In this document: one piece after another, positions 1 to 8,762 of the stretch
Position numbering within the stretch: position 1 is the stretch's first letter
How the letters are laid out: every line of letters starts with the position of its first letter
From: Limisphaerales bacterium
Lineage (GTDB): Bacteria > Verrucomicrobiota > Verrucomicrobiia > Limisphaerales > SXQI01
Assembly (NCBI GenBank): GCA_044226545.1
Contig: JBGAGW010000009.1
Span: 24,438-88,437, forward strand
Direction of reading: 5' to 3'
DNA length: 64,000 nucleotides
Translations under genes and position numbers: made by a program
Notes under the pieces: model-generated
The model's database searches: none
What the model saw: only the letters and a program-made list of their open reading frames with translations
Told to the model about the DNA's origin: nothing

Positions 1-1707
1 TTTGCGGTAGCAGCTTCGTATCTGTTGTCGAGCACGTTGGTGCCGGTGCTGGCGGTGTGGGCATTAGGAAGCATGTTGGGCGGGGCGCCTGTCCTACCCA
101 TCGCGTGGTTTGAGAAGTTGCGCGGGTTTTATGGGGTTCTGATTGAGGGACTCCTGGCAAAGCGCGTTGGAATGATCGTGTGGTATTTCGTCGGGAGCGT
201 GTTGGTGATCGGACTTGGCGTGCGTCAGTTGGGCATCGAAATTTTTCCGAAGGTGAAGTCGGGAGAAATGCAGTTACGAATTCGCGCGGCGGCCGGCACT
301 GATGTCGAGCACACGGAAGCAATACTCCTGAAAAGTCTGGCCACGGTGGAGAAGCTGGTTGGCCGGGCGGAGTTCTCGCTGGGATTCGTAGGCCTGCATG
401 GATCGACTTATCCGATCAATTTTCTTTATCTCTGGAGTGGAGGCACTGAGGAAGCGGTCATGTATTTGAGGCACTCCGGTTCTCTTGATCCAGATCTTTT
501 GCGGAGACAGCTTGTGGCGGAAATTCCTGAAGCCGAATTTTCTGTCGAACCCGCGGATATTATCAGTCAGGTGATGAGCTTTGGAGCGGCGACGCCGATT
601 GAGGTAGCGGTGCGTGGGCCGAATTTGATGAATGATCTCGCGTTCGCGGAAAAGGTGAAGGCGAAGCTCGAAGCGATTCCGGAACTGCGTGACGTGCAGT
701 TCGCGCAGTCGTTTAATTATCCAACCGTGGAGGTTGCTGTGGATCGTGCGCGCTCGGGGATTATTGGGGCGGATATGACGGATGTTTCGCGCGCGTTGGG
801 TCCGGCGACGTGGTCGAGCCGATTTCAGGTGCCAAACTTCTGGGCGGATCCGCAAAGTGGTATCAGTTATCAGGTGCAAACGCACGTTCCGCAGGAACGA
901 ACGCGCTCGATGCAGGATCTCGGGAATTTGACCGTAGCGGAAGTGAAGGCAAAGCCGGTGTTGCTCAGAAATGTGGCGCGAGTAACGGAGGGCACTGCCC
1001 CCAGCCAGTTCGATCGGTTCAATATGCAGAGAACGATCACAGTGCGCGCGAACATAGCCGGTATCGATCTGGATGAAGCGGCGCGGAAAGTAGGTGACGC
1101 GTTGCGCGAATTGGGGGCGCCTCCGGCCCGGGTGAGCGTCGCGGTGCAAGGGCAGATTGCGCCGATGATGGAGATGCGAGGGGCGCTCTTGCGAGGACTA
1201 TCAATGGCGGTGATTGGCATTGCGCTGTTGTTGCTCGCGCATTTCCAGTCCTGGCGCCTCACGCTGGCGGTGAGTTCGGTAGTGCCGGCGGTGCTGGCTG
1301 GAGTGGTTGTGGCTCTGTGGCTGACGGGCGGTCGCTGGAATTTGCAGTCGTTCATGGGAACGATCATGGCCATCAGTGTAGCCCTGGCGAACGCCATTCT
1401 GCTGGTCACATTCGCCGAACGAACGCGGTTGGCCGGACCGTCGTCGCGCGACGCTGCATTGGAGGCGGCCCGTACTCGGTTGCGGCCGATTCTTATGACG
1501 AGTGCGGCGATGCTGGGAGGAATGATTCCACTGGCTTTCGGCTTCAGTGACGTCACCGGACAGTTAGCCCCGTTGGGACGAGCGGTGATGGGAGGACTCA
1601 TCGGTGGGACGTTATGTACGCTATTGATACTCCCGCAGACCTTCGCGGCGATGCAGGCGCGCGCTCAGACGCGCGGTGTTTCGCTCTTTGAAGGAGGTGG
1701 TGCGTGA
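1..1707 (+). CDS. RND efflux permease (AcrB/CzcA-like), 5'-truncated by window edge
   Basis: Frame is open from base 1 (FAVAASYLLSSTLVP aligns to FSMIASYFLSSTLVP of the next gene); C-terminal TM motifs ANAILLV and RLRPILMTS. Confidence 0.95.
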   Translation, partial: FAVAASYLLSSTLVPVLAVWALGSMLGGAPVLPIAWFEKLRGFYGVLIEGLLAKRVGMIVWYFVGSVLVIGLGVRQLGIEIFPKVKSGEMQLRIRAAAGTDVEHTEAILLKSLATVEKLVGRAEFSLGFVGLHGSTYPINFLYLWSGGTEEAVMYLRHSGSLDPDLLRRQLVAEIPEAEFSVEPADIISQVMSFGAATPIEVAVRGPNLMNDLAFAEKVKAKLEAIPELRDVQFAQSFNYPTVEVAVDRARSGIIGADMTDVSRALGPATWSSRFQVPNFWADPQSGISYQVQTHVPQERTRSMQDLGNLTVAEVKAKPVLLRNVARVTEGTAPSQFDRFNMQRTITVRANIAGIDLDEAARKVGDALRELGAPPARVSVAVQGQIAPMMEMRGALLRGLSMAVIGIALLLLAHFQSWRLTLAVSSVVPAVLAGVVVALWLTGGRWNLQSFMGTIMAISVALANAILLVTFAERTRLAGPSSRDAALEAARTRLRPILMTSAAMLGGMIPLAFGFSDVTGQLAPLGRAVMGGLIGGTLCTLLILPQTFAAMQARAQTRGVSLFEGGGA

Positions 1708-4700
1708 ACTTGGTGGAATTCGCGCTGCGCAGGCCCTTTACGATTCTTGTGACGGTGCTGACGATCGCGCTGGCCTCGGTGCTCGCGTGGTTGCGGATGC
1801 CCAAAGATATTTTTCCGACGCTGGGCGTGCCAACGATTTATATCGCGCAGCCGTATGGCGGCATGGATCCGGCGCAGATGGAAGGTTATCTGACCTATTA
1901 CTACGAGTATCATTTCCTGTTCGTCGCGGGGATCGAGCATGTTGAATCGAAATCGATTCAGGGCGCCGCCATCATCAGGTTGCAGTTTCATCCGGGAACG
2001 GACATGTCGCAAGCCATGGCGGAAACAGTGGCGTATGTGAATGCGGCGCGAGCGTTCATGCCGACGGGGACTCTTCCTCCGTTTATCACGCGTTTTGATG
2101 CAGGAAGTGTGCCGGTGGGGCAACTCGTCTTTTCCAGTGAAACGCGGAGCGTGACGGAAATGCAGGACGCCGCGCTGAATCTGGTGCGCCCGCTTTTTGC
2201 TACGTTGCCGGGCGTTTCGGCTCCGCCGCCCTTCGGCGGGAGCGCGCGCACGATTGTAGTGAGCATCAAACCGGACCGTCTGCATTCCTACAAGATTTCG
2301 CCGGACGAAGTTGTCGAAACGATCACCCGCGCAAACATGATCAGCCCATCGGGGAACCTGATGCTCGCCGGAAAGTATCCGATGGTGCCGCTCAATTCTG
2401 TTCCGCGAAATGTGAAGGAACTCGAAACGGTGCCGATTCGCACGGGCCAATATCCAACGATCTTTGTCCGGGATGTGGCGGACGTTTCGGATGCGGCCGA
2501 TATCGTCACGAGTTATGCGTTGGTGAATGGACGGCGGACCGTCTACATCCCGGTGACTAAGCGTGCGGACGCCTCGACGCTCGCAGTGGTAAACCTGGTG
2601 AAGCGGAATATTCCGAAGTTTCAGAATGTCCTGCCATCAGATGTGAAGGTGAGCTACGAGTTTGACCAATCATCTGTGGTCACTCGCGCGCTGAACACGC
2701 TGTTGCTCGAAGGCGGACTCGGCGCGGTGCTCACCGGGCTGATGATTTTGCTTTTCCTGCGCGATTGGCGGAGCGCGTTCATCGTCGTGATCAATATCCC
2801 GCTCTCGATCATGGGCTCGCTGCTCGCGCTGCACTTAACGGGTCAAACGGTGAACATTATGACTTTGGGTGGACTCGCGCTGGCGGTCGGAATTCTGGTC
2901 GATGAAGCGACGGTGGATCTCGAAAATATTCATGCGCATCTAACGCGCGGGAAGAAGCTCGCCCGGGCGGCGTTTGATGCCACGACAGAAACGCGCATCC
3001 CGCGTTTATTGGCAATGCTCTCGATTGTGGCGATGTTTACGCCGGCACTTTTCATGTCGGGCGCCGGACGGGCGATGTTTGTTCCACTGGCGCTCGCTGT
3101 GGGTTTTTCAATGATCGCTTCCTACTTTCTCTCCAGCACGCTGGTGCCGATTTTGTCTATCTGGTTTCTGCGAAGAAACGAAGGTTCACCGACTGGATGG
3201 AGCGAACGAGAAAGCGGATTTCGAAGGTTTCAGACTTCTTATGCAGTGGTCCTGAAGAGGCTGGCTCGCTGGCGGCTTGTTCTGGTTGGGATTTATCTTC
3301 TGGGCGCAGCCGCGATTATTTTCTTTTTTGGCAGCCGCCTCGGAACGCAGATTTATCCCGAAGTCGATGCAGGGCAGTTGCAGATTCGTTTCCGTGCGCC
3401 GCCCGGGACCGATATCGATGGGACGGAAACGGTTTTCCTCCAAGCGCTCGATATCATCAGAAATGCTGTAGGCGCCGAAGAGGTTTTGATTTCGATGGCG
3501 TTGATCGGGGTGCATGGTGCTAACTTTCCGATCAATTTTGTTCATCTTTGGAATAGCGGTCCCGAAGAAGGAGTCCTCCAGGTGCAGTTGAAAAGCGGCG
3601 TAGCAATGGATTCATTGAAGGATCGCTTGCGAGCAGATTTTGAGCGGCAACTTCCCCGTTCGACTTTTTCGTTCGAGCCGGCAGATATCGTTAGCCGTGT
3701 CATGAGTCTCGGGGCGAACACACCGATTGAAGTCGTCGTAAGTGGACAGGACTTCCCCGTGAGTCGTGCGTTCGCTGAGAGGATTCAGCAAAAACTCTCA
3801 ACGATTGACCAGTTGCGCGACGTGCAATTCGGCCAATTGCTCGATTATCCGACGGTGGATGTGACCGTGGATCGGGAACGCGCAGGGATATTGGGTGCGA
3901 AAATGGCTCAGGTGTCGCGGGCGCTGGTGCCGACAACCTGGTCCAGCCGTTTCAGTGTTCTGAATTTTTGGGCTGATCCGAACACCGGTGTTGCCTACCA
4001 GGTGCAAGTGGAGATTCCGCAGGACCAGACCAGGTCCACAGAGGATGTGGGGAACCTTCCGATTCTCCAGCATGAACCCAAACGTCCGGAGAAAGACAAA
4101 CGGAAGGATGTGCTGCTGCGGAATATTTCAGAAATCAAGGAGGGGTTGGCACTAGCAGAATATGATCGTTACAATATGCAACGCTACATCTCCGTGCGGG
4201 CAAATATAAATGGAAGCGATCTTGGCGGGGCTGCGCGTGCGGTTCGGCGCGCGATTGCGGAATTGGGTGCGCCTCCGGCCGGAGTAAATGTCGCGGTTCG
4301 CGGGCAAGTTGTTCCGATGCAGGAGATGATGAGTGGTCTGCAACGTGGTTTGATCGTCGCGGTGCTCGCGATCTTTCTTCTGTTGATGGCCAGCTTTCAA
4401 TCGTTCAAGCTGCCTTTCATCGTTGTATCAACAGTTCCGGCAGTTCTCGCGGGTGTGACCCTGGCTCTCTGGGCGACGCAGACCACTCTGAACATTCAAT
4501 CTTTCATGGGAACAATCATGAGTGTCGGTGTGGCTGTGGCGAATGCGATCTTGCTCGTCACGTTGGCAGAGCGTGTGCGCATGGGCGGCGCGGCCTCCAA
4601 CGAGGCGGCGATGGAAGGTGCAAAAAGTCGGTTGCGTCCCATTTTGATGACCAGCGCAGCGATGATTGCCGGAATGATGCCGATGGCTTTGAGCCTGGGG

Positions 4701-4853
4701 CAGGGTGGAGCACAAGCGGCTCCGCTCGGTCGTGCGGTCGTTGGTGGTCTGGCCGCGGCTACGCTCGCTACCCTATTTATTTTGCCGTCGGTATTCGCGA
4801 TCGTTCAAGCTCGCACAAATCGGCGCCCTGCCTCGCTGATTTCGACGACATGA
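1704..4853 (+). CDS. RND efflux permease (AcrB/CzcA-like)
   Basis: 1049 aa; GILVDEA, RLRPILMTS, typical RND TM/periplasmic layout; GTG start overlaps the upstream TGA. Confidence 0.96.
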   Translation: MNLVEFALRRPFTILVTVLTIALASVLAWLRMPKDIFPTLGVPTIYIAQPYGGMDPAQMEGYLTYYYEYHFLFVAGIEHVESKSIQGAAIIRLQFHPGTDMSQAMAETVAYVNAARAFMPTGTLPPFITRFDAGSVPVGQLVFSSETRSVTEMQDAALNLVRPLFATLPGVSAPPPFGGSARTIVVSIKPDRLHSYKISPDEVVETITRANMISPSGNLMLAGKYPMVPLNSVPRNVKELETVPIRTGQYPTIFVRDVADVSDAADIVTSYALVNGRRTVYIPVTKRADASTLAVVNLVKRNIPKFQNVLPSDVKVSYEFDQSSVVTRALNTLLLEGGLGAVLTGLMILLFLRDWRSAFIVVINIPLSIMGSLLALHLTGQTVNIMTLGGLALAVGILVDEATVDLENIHAHLTRGKKLARAAFDATTETRIPRLLAMLSIVAMFTPALFMSGAGRAMFVPLALAVGFSMIASYFLSSTLVPILSIWFLRRNEGSPTGWSERESGFRRFQTSYAVVLKRLARWRLVLVGIYLLGAAAIIFFFGSRLGTQIYPEVDAGQLQIRFRAPPGTDIDGTETVFLQALDIIRNAVGAEEVLISMALIGVHGANFPINFVHLWNSGPEEGVLQVQLKSGVAMDSLKDRLRADFERQLPRSTFSFEPADIVSRVMSLGANTPIEVVVSGQDFPVSRAFAERIQQKLSTIDQLRDVQFGQLLDYPTVDVTVDRERAGILGAKMAQVSRALVPTTWSSRFSVLNFWADPNTGVAYQVQVEIPQDQTRSTEDVGNLPILQHEPKRPEKDKRKDVLLRNISEIKEGLALAEYDRYNMQRYISVRANINGSDLGGAARAVRRAIAELGAPPAGVNVAVRGQVVPMQEMMSGLQRGLIVAVLAIFLLLMASFQSFKLPFIVVSTVPAVLAGVTLALWATQTTLNIQSFMGTIMSVGVAVANAILLVTLAERVRMGGAASNEAAMEGAKSRLRPILMTSAAMIAGMMPMALSLGQGGAQAAPLGRAVVGGLAAATLATLFILPSVFAIVQARTNRRPASLISTT

Positions 4854-6064
4854 TGAACAACGAAATGCCAAATAGTTTGGAGTGCGGCGGGAAGCGGAGC
4901 GCCACGCCGCTTTTTCCAGCGATGGGCTCGCCAGCATTCTCGAAAAGCGGTGTCGCCGCTTCGCTCTGCCACCGCACTCCATATTCGTGTAGCGCGCTCC
5001 TGGCGTTCCTAGTGGTTCTCTTCGTCGGTTGCGAACGTTCTACGCCTTCGTCCAGTACGACACCGGATTTGGCTCTCGAAGTGATCGCAATCCATCCCCA
5101 TCGAGGTAAGATTTATCGCTCCATCGATTTACCGGGAGAGGTCGCGCCACTTTTCCACGTCACACTGTTTGCCAAAGTGGATGGCTATTTAAAGGTGCTG
5201 ACTGTCGATAAAGGAGATGCGGTGAAAAAGGGCGACCTGATTGCCGAGATCGATGCGCCAGATCTTCGGGCGAATCATTTAAAGTTTAAGGCGGAGCTCG
5301 AACTCGCCGAAGCGGAGTTCCAGCAGATCAGCCAATCGCCCACCAATAATCCGGTGAACGCCGCGAAACAGGAAATGGAATCGGCTCGAAATCGAGTCGC
5401 CGTGGCGAATGCTCGGGTCTCTTCGGCCAGGGCTCGACTGGAAGCGACAGAGGTGATGCAGAACTACACGCGTATTCTCGCTCCCTTTGATGGAATCATC
5501 ACTAAGCGATTCGTTGATCCTGGCGCGTACATCCCGATTCCGAACGCGGCTGATACTCCCGAGGCCGCGGCGATTGTGGATGTGACCGATTACGCCACCC
5601 TCCGAATGCAAGTGGCCGTTCCGGAAAACGAGGTTCGCCATGTTAAGATCGGCCAACCGATTCGCTGGACCACGGACGCCTTGCCCGGCGAAGTTTTTGA
5701 AGGCAGCGTCACTCGCGCTTATTGGGCCTTGGATCGCGCGACCAAGACGATGCTTACGGAAGTCCAACTTACGAACCGCAACATGATGCTGCGCCCTGGC
5801 ATGCTCGTGAATGCTCACATCGGATTGGAAAGAAAGGACAACGCATTGCTCCTGCCCGTCAGCGCCCTCGTAAAAGACAGACTGAATACCTATGTCTTCC
5901 TCATCGCCTCCGGGTTTGCAAAAAAGGCCGCAGTAAAGATCGGCTTTAGCGATGGAACGAATGGCGAAATTGCTGAAGGGCTCAATGGCGATGAGACAAT
6001 AATCGTTCCGCAGGGCCAGTCTTTGCGCGATGGAATAATGGTGAAGTTAAAAAACACGCAATAG
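4850..6064 (+). CDS. RND membrane fusion (periplasmic adaptor) lipoprotein
   Basis: VDKGDAVKKGDLIAEID, IxAPFDGII and LRPGM motifs; lipobox LFVG-C; ATGA overlap with permease stop. Confidence 0.94.
   Translation: MMNNEMPNSLECGGKRSATPLFPAMGSPAFSKSGVAASLCHRTPYSCSALLAFLVVLFVGCERSTPSSSTTPDLALEVIAIHPHRGKIYRSIDLPGEVAPLFHVTLFAKVDGYLKVLTVDKGDAVKKGDLIAEIDAPDLRANHLKFKAELELAEAEFQQISQSPTNNPVNAAKQEMESARNRVAVANARVSSARARLEATEVMQNYTRILAPFDGIITKRFVDPGAYIPIPNAADTPEAAAIVDVTDYATLRMQVAVPENEVRHVKIGQPIRWTTDALPGEVFEGSVTRAYWALDRATKTMLTEVQLTNRNMMLRPGMLVNAHIGLERKDNALLLPVSALVKDRLNTYVFLIASGFAKKAAVKIGFSDGTNGEIAEGLNGDETIIVPQGQSLRDGIMVKLKNTQ
4878..4981. repeat. Palindromic REP/MITE-like element inside the 5' end of the MFP gene
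   Basis: Terminal IR TGGAGTGCGG (4878)/CCGCACTCCA (to 4981); inner arms CACGCCGCTTTT/AAAAGCGGTGT. Confidence 0.85.
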
Positions 6065-6073
6065 CGGAGCCGC

Positions 6074-6367
6074 TCATCGGCCGGTCATCGCCTGTTCAAC
6101 CACGAGTTGTTCGAAAAGCTCATAAACGACCGACCGGCGTTCAACGAACAAACAATCAAATATTCGAGCTCCGGTTTTAACACTGTCTGAATACACAATA
6201 CGGTATCCTCCCACACGAAGTCGCCAATAGCCTGCGAGCCGTCCTTCCAAAGCTTTGCAATCACCATCAGGAAGAGCTTTTATGGCACGAACGATTCGCT
6301 GACGAGGTTCTGGCGCCAGAGATTTGATGAATTTCTCCGGCTGCGGGTGGATCACGGCTTTATTCAT
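6074..6367 (-). CDS. RelE/ParE family type II toxin
   Basis: 97 aa; KALEGRLAGYWRLRVGGYRIVY; overlaps upstream antitoxin. Confidence 0.9.
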   Translation of the reverse strand: MNKAVIHPQPEKFIKSLAPEPRQRIVRAIKALPDGDCKALEGRLAGYWRLRVGGYRIVYSDSVKTGARIFDCLFVERRSVVYELFEQLVVEQAMTGR

Positions 6368-6608
6368 CGAGACAAGAGATGTCTTTGCCCTTGCTAGCCC
6401 CTGACTCGAAATCTGAGATGGCCTTCATGGCCTCCGGATTCGCAAGGATCTCCATCGTCTCGATGATGGCTTCCATCCGCTCCTTGGAAACGAGGAATCC
6501 GGCGATTCGCCCGTGGTTGGTGATCGTCACTGCCTTTGTGGTCGGCAATTGTTTGAGCAGGCGCGGAAGAGTAGCCTGAGCTTCTGTGGTGGTGACTGTA
6601 GTTTTCAT
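6360..6608 (-). CDS. Phd/YefM family antitoxin
   Basis: TTEAQATLPRLL, VTITNHG, ETMEILANPEAM. Confidence 0.9.
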   Translation of the reverse strand: MKTTVTTTEAQATLPRLLKQLPTTKAVTITNHGRIAGFLVSKERMEAIIETMEILANPEAMKAISDFESGASKGKDISCLDE

Positions 6609-6632
6609 GGAATTCTACGTAACTTAATTCTA
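6609..6632 (-). promoter_or_regulatory. Probable TA autorepression operator/promoter
   Basis: AATTCTA direct repeat (6611, 6626) and GAATT..AATTC dyad immediately upstream of the antitoxin ATG; TAGAAT -10-like on the minus strand. Confidence 0.5.
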
Positions 6633-6762
6633 ATCGAAGCACAAGTCCGTTTACTCCGATCTCGTTTTACGGTGTTCTCGCAATGTGATACGGTAGATCA
6701 GCTTCAGTTGATCGAATTTGATTCGTGCTTTCGCCTGTCGATAGACTGGAGTATTGAAGAGT

Positions 6763-7272
6763 ATGCTCTGCGACATTTGTAAAAAGAACGTTGCCACGGT
6801 CCACCTGACCCAAATGGTTGAAGGTAAAACCAAAAAGGTGGATCTCTGCGAGGCTTGTTCCAAGGAGAAAGGGGTGGATGATCCCACCGGCTTTTCTCTG
6901 GCCGATTTGCTTTTGGGTCTCGGAGCAGCGCAGGAAATTGAACAATCTTCCGGCGGAGGCGAGATCAAGTGCCCGAATTGCGGCTTCACCCAGGCTGACT
7001 TCAAGAAAGCCGGTCGCCTTGGTTGCTCTGAATGCTACAAGGTTTTCTCGGAGGGGCTCGAGAGCCTCCTCAAAACAATGCACAAGGGGACACGGCACGT
7101 CGGGAAAGTTCCTGCGGTTTTTCGCCAAAGCCAGGACATGGCGGACAAGTTGAAGAGTCTCCAAAAGAAACTCGAGAAGGCTATTGCGAACGAAGATTTC
7201 GAAGCTGCAGCCACCTTGCGCGACGAGGTGAAAGCTCTTCGCGCCCAGATGGGCGAACTTGCTGCAAAATAA
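6763..7272 (+). CDS. mcsA: McsA-like protein (CxxC motifs + UvrB/C coiled coil)
   Basis: Four CxxC motifs (CDIC, CEAC, CPNC, CSEC), HxGKVP and AIANEDFEAAATLRD. Confidence 0.9.
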   Translation: MLCDICKKNVATVHLTQMVEGKTKKVDLCEACSKEKGVDDPTGFSLADLLLGLGAAQEIEQSSGGGEIKCPNCGFTQADFKKAGRLGCSECYKVFSEGLESLLKTMHKGTRHVGKVPAVFRQSQDMADKLKSLQKKLEKAIANEDFEAAATLRDEVKALRAQMGELAAK

Positions 7273-7321
7273 GTAAGCTCTTGCGCGGAGCGAAGGAGCG
7301 GCGGCAATGTTGCCTATCCCT

Positions 7322-8761
7322 ATGCGAGAACCTGCTTCATGGATTGTTAATCTTTGTTCTGCATTCCTCCTTTTCTGCCCCACCAGCGGAGTTGCTGACA
7401 CCAACGCTACTCCCGCACCGCTAACCTGGACGACGCAACAGGATCATCAGAACATGATGAACCAGTTGGGGATCACCAGGCTTCGTCCGGGGCCCAGCGG
7501 ACGTGTGGGTGCAACCAATTCAGCGAATTACAATCCCGCGCTGGCCAACCCGTTTCCAGACCTGCCCGATCCACTTACGCTTAAAAATGGCCAGAAGGTA
7601 ACGACGCCGGAGATGTGGTGGAAACAGCGGCGACCTGAGATCGTGGAAGATTTCGAACGAGAGGTGATCGGTCGCGTTCCGGAGCACACGCCGAAGGTAA
7701 CATGGACGGTTATCTCGAATGTGGTTGATGGCCTGGTGGGCGAGTTGCATGCCAATGGAAAGGCGCTCTCGGGTCGTGTGGACAACTCGGGGTGTCCTTC
7801 CATCAGCGTCGAAATCCGCATAAATGTTGTTACGCCGGCAAGCGCCAAAGGACCGGTCCCGGTGCTGATGATGTTTGGCGGTTTCGGCGGTGGAGGAATG
7901 CCACGGCCCGCCGGCGCACCGGCACCGACCAATCGTGAGTTCGGCGGCCCTTTCAAGGATCCACCGTCCACCGAACAGTTGCTCGCCGCAGGCTGGGGGT
8001 ACGCGACTGTTTATCCGAATACCATCCAGATGGATAACGGCGCCGGCCTCACCAGGGGGATTATCGGCCTTGTGAACAAAGGTCAGCCTCGCAAGCCAGA
8101 GGATTGGGGTTCACTGCGCGCCTGGGCTTGGGGAGCATCTCGCGGGTTGGATTACCTCGAAACTGATCCGGCGGTCGATGCCAGGCGCGTTGGGATTGAA
8201 GGAGTATCGCGCTATGGCAAAGCGGCTCTCGTGGCGATGGCATTTGAGCCCCGATTTGCCGTCGTTCTCGTTGGTTCCTCCGGAGAAGGCGGCGCAAAAT
8301 TGCATCGCCGCAATTTCGGCGAAGCGGTCGAGAATCTCACGGGTTCTGGAGAATATCATTGGATGGCCGGGAACTTTCTCAAGTACGGAGCTGAGGTATC
8401 CAAGTTCGGGCGCAAGGACGCGGGCGATCTGCCGGTGGATGCGCACGAGTTGATAGCGCTTTGCGCCCCGCGCCCGACCTTTATCAGCTACGGAATTCCG
8501 GAGCGCGGCGATGCCAACTGGCTTGACCAGCAGGGCAGTTACATGGCGACTGTTGCGGCGGGGCCAGTGTTTCGTTTGTTAGGCGCGAAAGATATCGGCG
8601 ACAAGAATGACTATCGAACTGCAAAGATGCCACCTGTAAATACGGATATGCTCGATGGACAACTCGCCTGGCGTCAGCACGACGGTGGACACGAAGATCG
8701 TTCGAACATGAAATATTTCATCCACTGGGCGAATCGTGAGCTGAATTACACGCCGAAATAA
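7322..8761 (+). CDS. Carbohydrate esterase family 15 (glucuronoyl esterase-like), secreted
   Basis: WAWGASRGLDYLE, GVSRYGK nucleophile motif, LPVDAHELIALCAPRP, HDGGH; start 7307 or 7322. Confidence 0.88.
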   Translation: MREPASWIVNLCSAFLLFCPTSGVADTNATPAPLTWTTQQDHQNMMNQLGITRLRPGPSGRVGATNSANYNPALANPFPDLPDPLTLKNGQKVTTPEMWWKQRRPEIVEDFEREVIGRVPEHTPKVTWTVISNVVDGLVGELHANGKALSGRVDNSGCPSISVEIRINVVTPASAKGPVPVLMMFGGFGGGGMPRPAGAPAPTNREFGGPFKDPPSTEQLLAAGWGYATVYPNTIQMDNGAGLTRGIIGLVNKGQPRKPEDWGSLRAWAWGASRGLDYLETDPAVDARRVGIEGVSRYGKAALVAMAFEPRFAVVLVGSSGEGGAKLHRRNFGEAVENLTGSGEYHWMAGNFLKYGAEVSKFGRKDAGDLPVDAHELIALCAPRPTFISYGIPERGDANWLDQQGSYMATVAAGPVFRLLGAKDIGDKNDYRTAKMPPVNTDMLDGQLAWRQHDGGHEDRSNMKYFIHWANRELNYTPK

Positions 8762-8762
8762 G

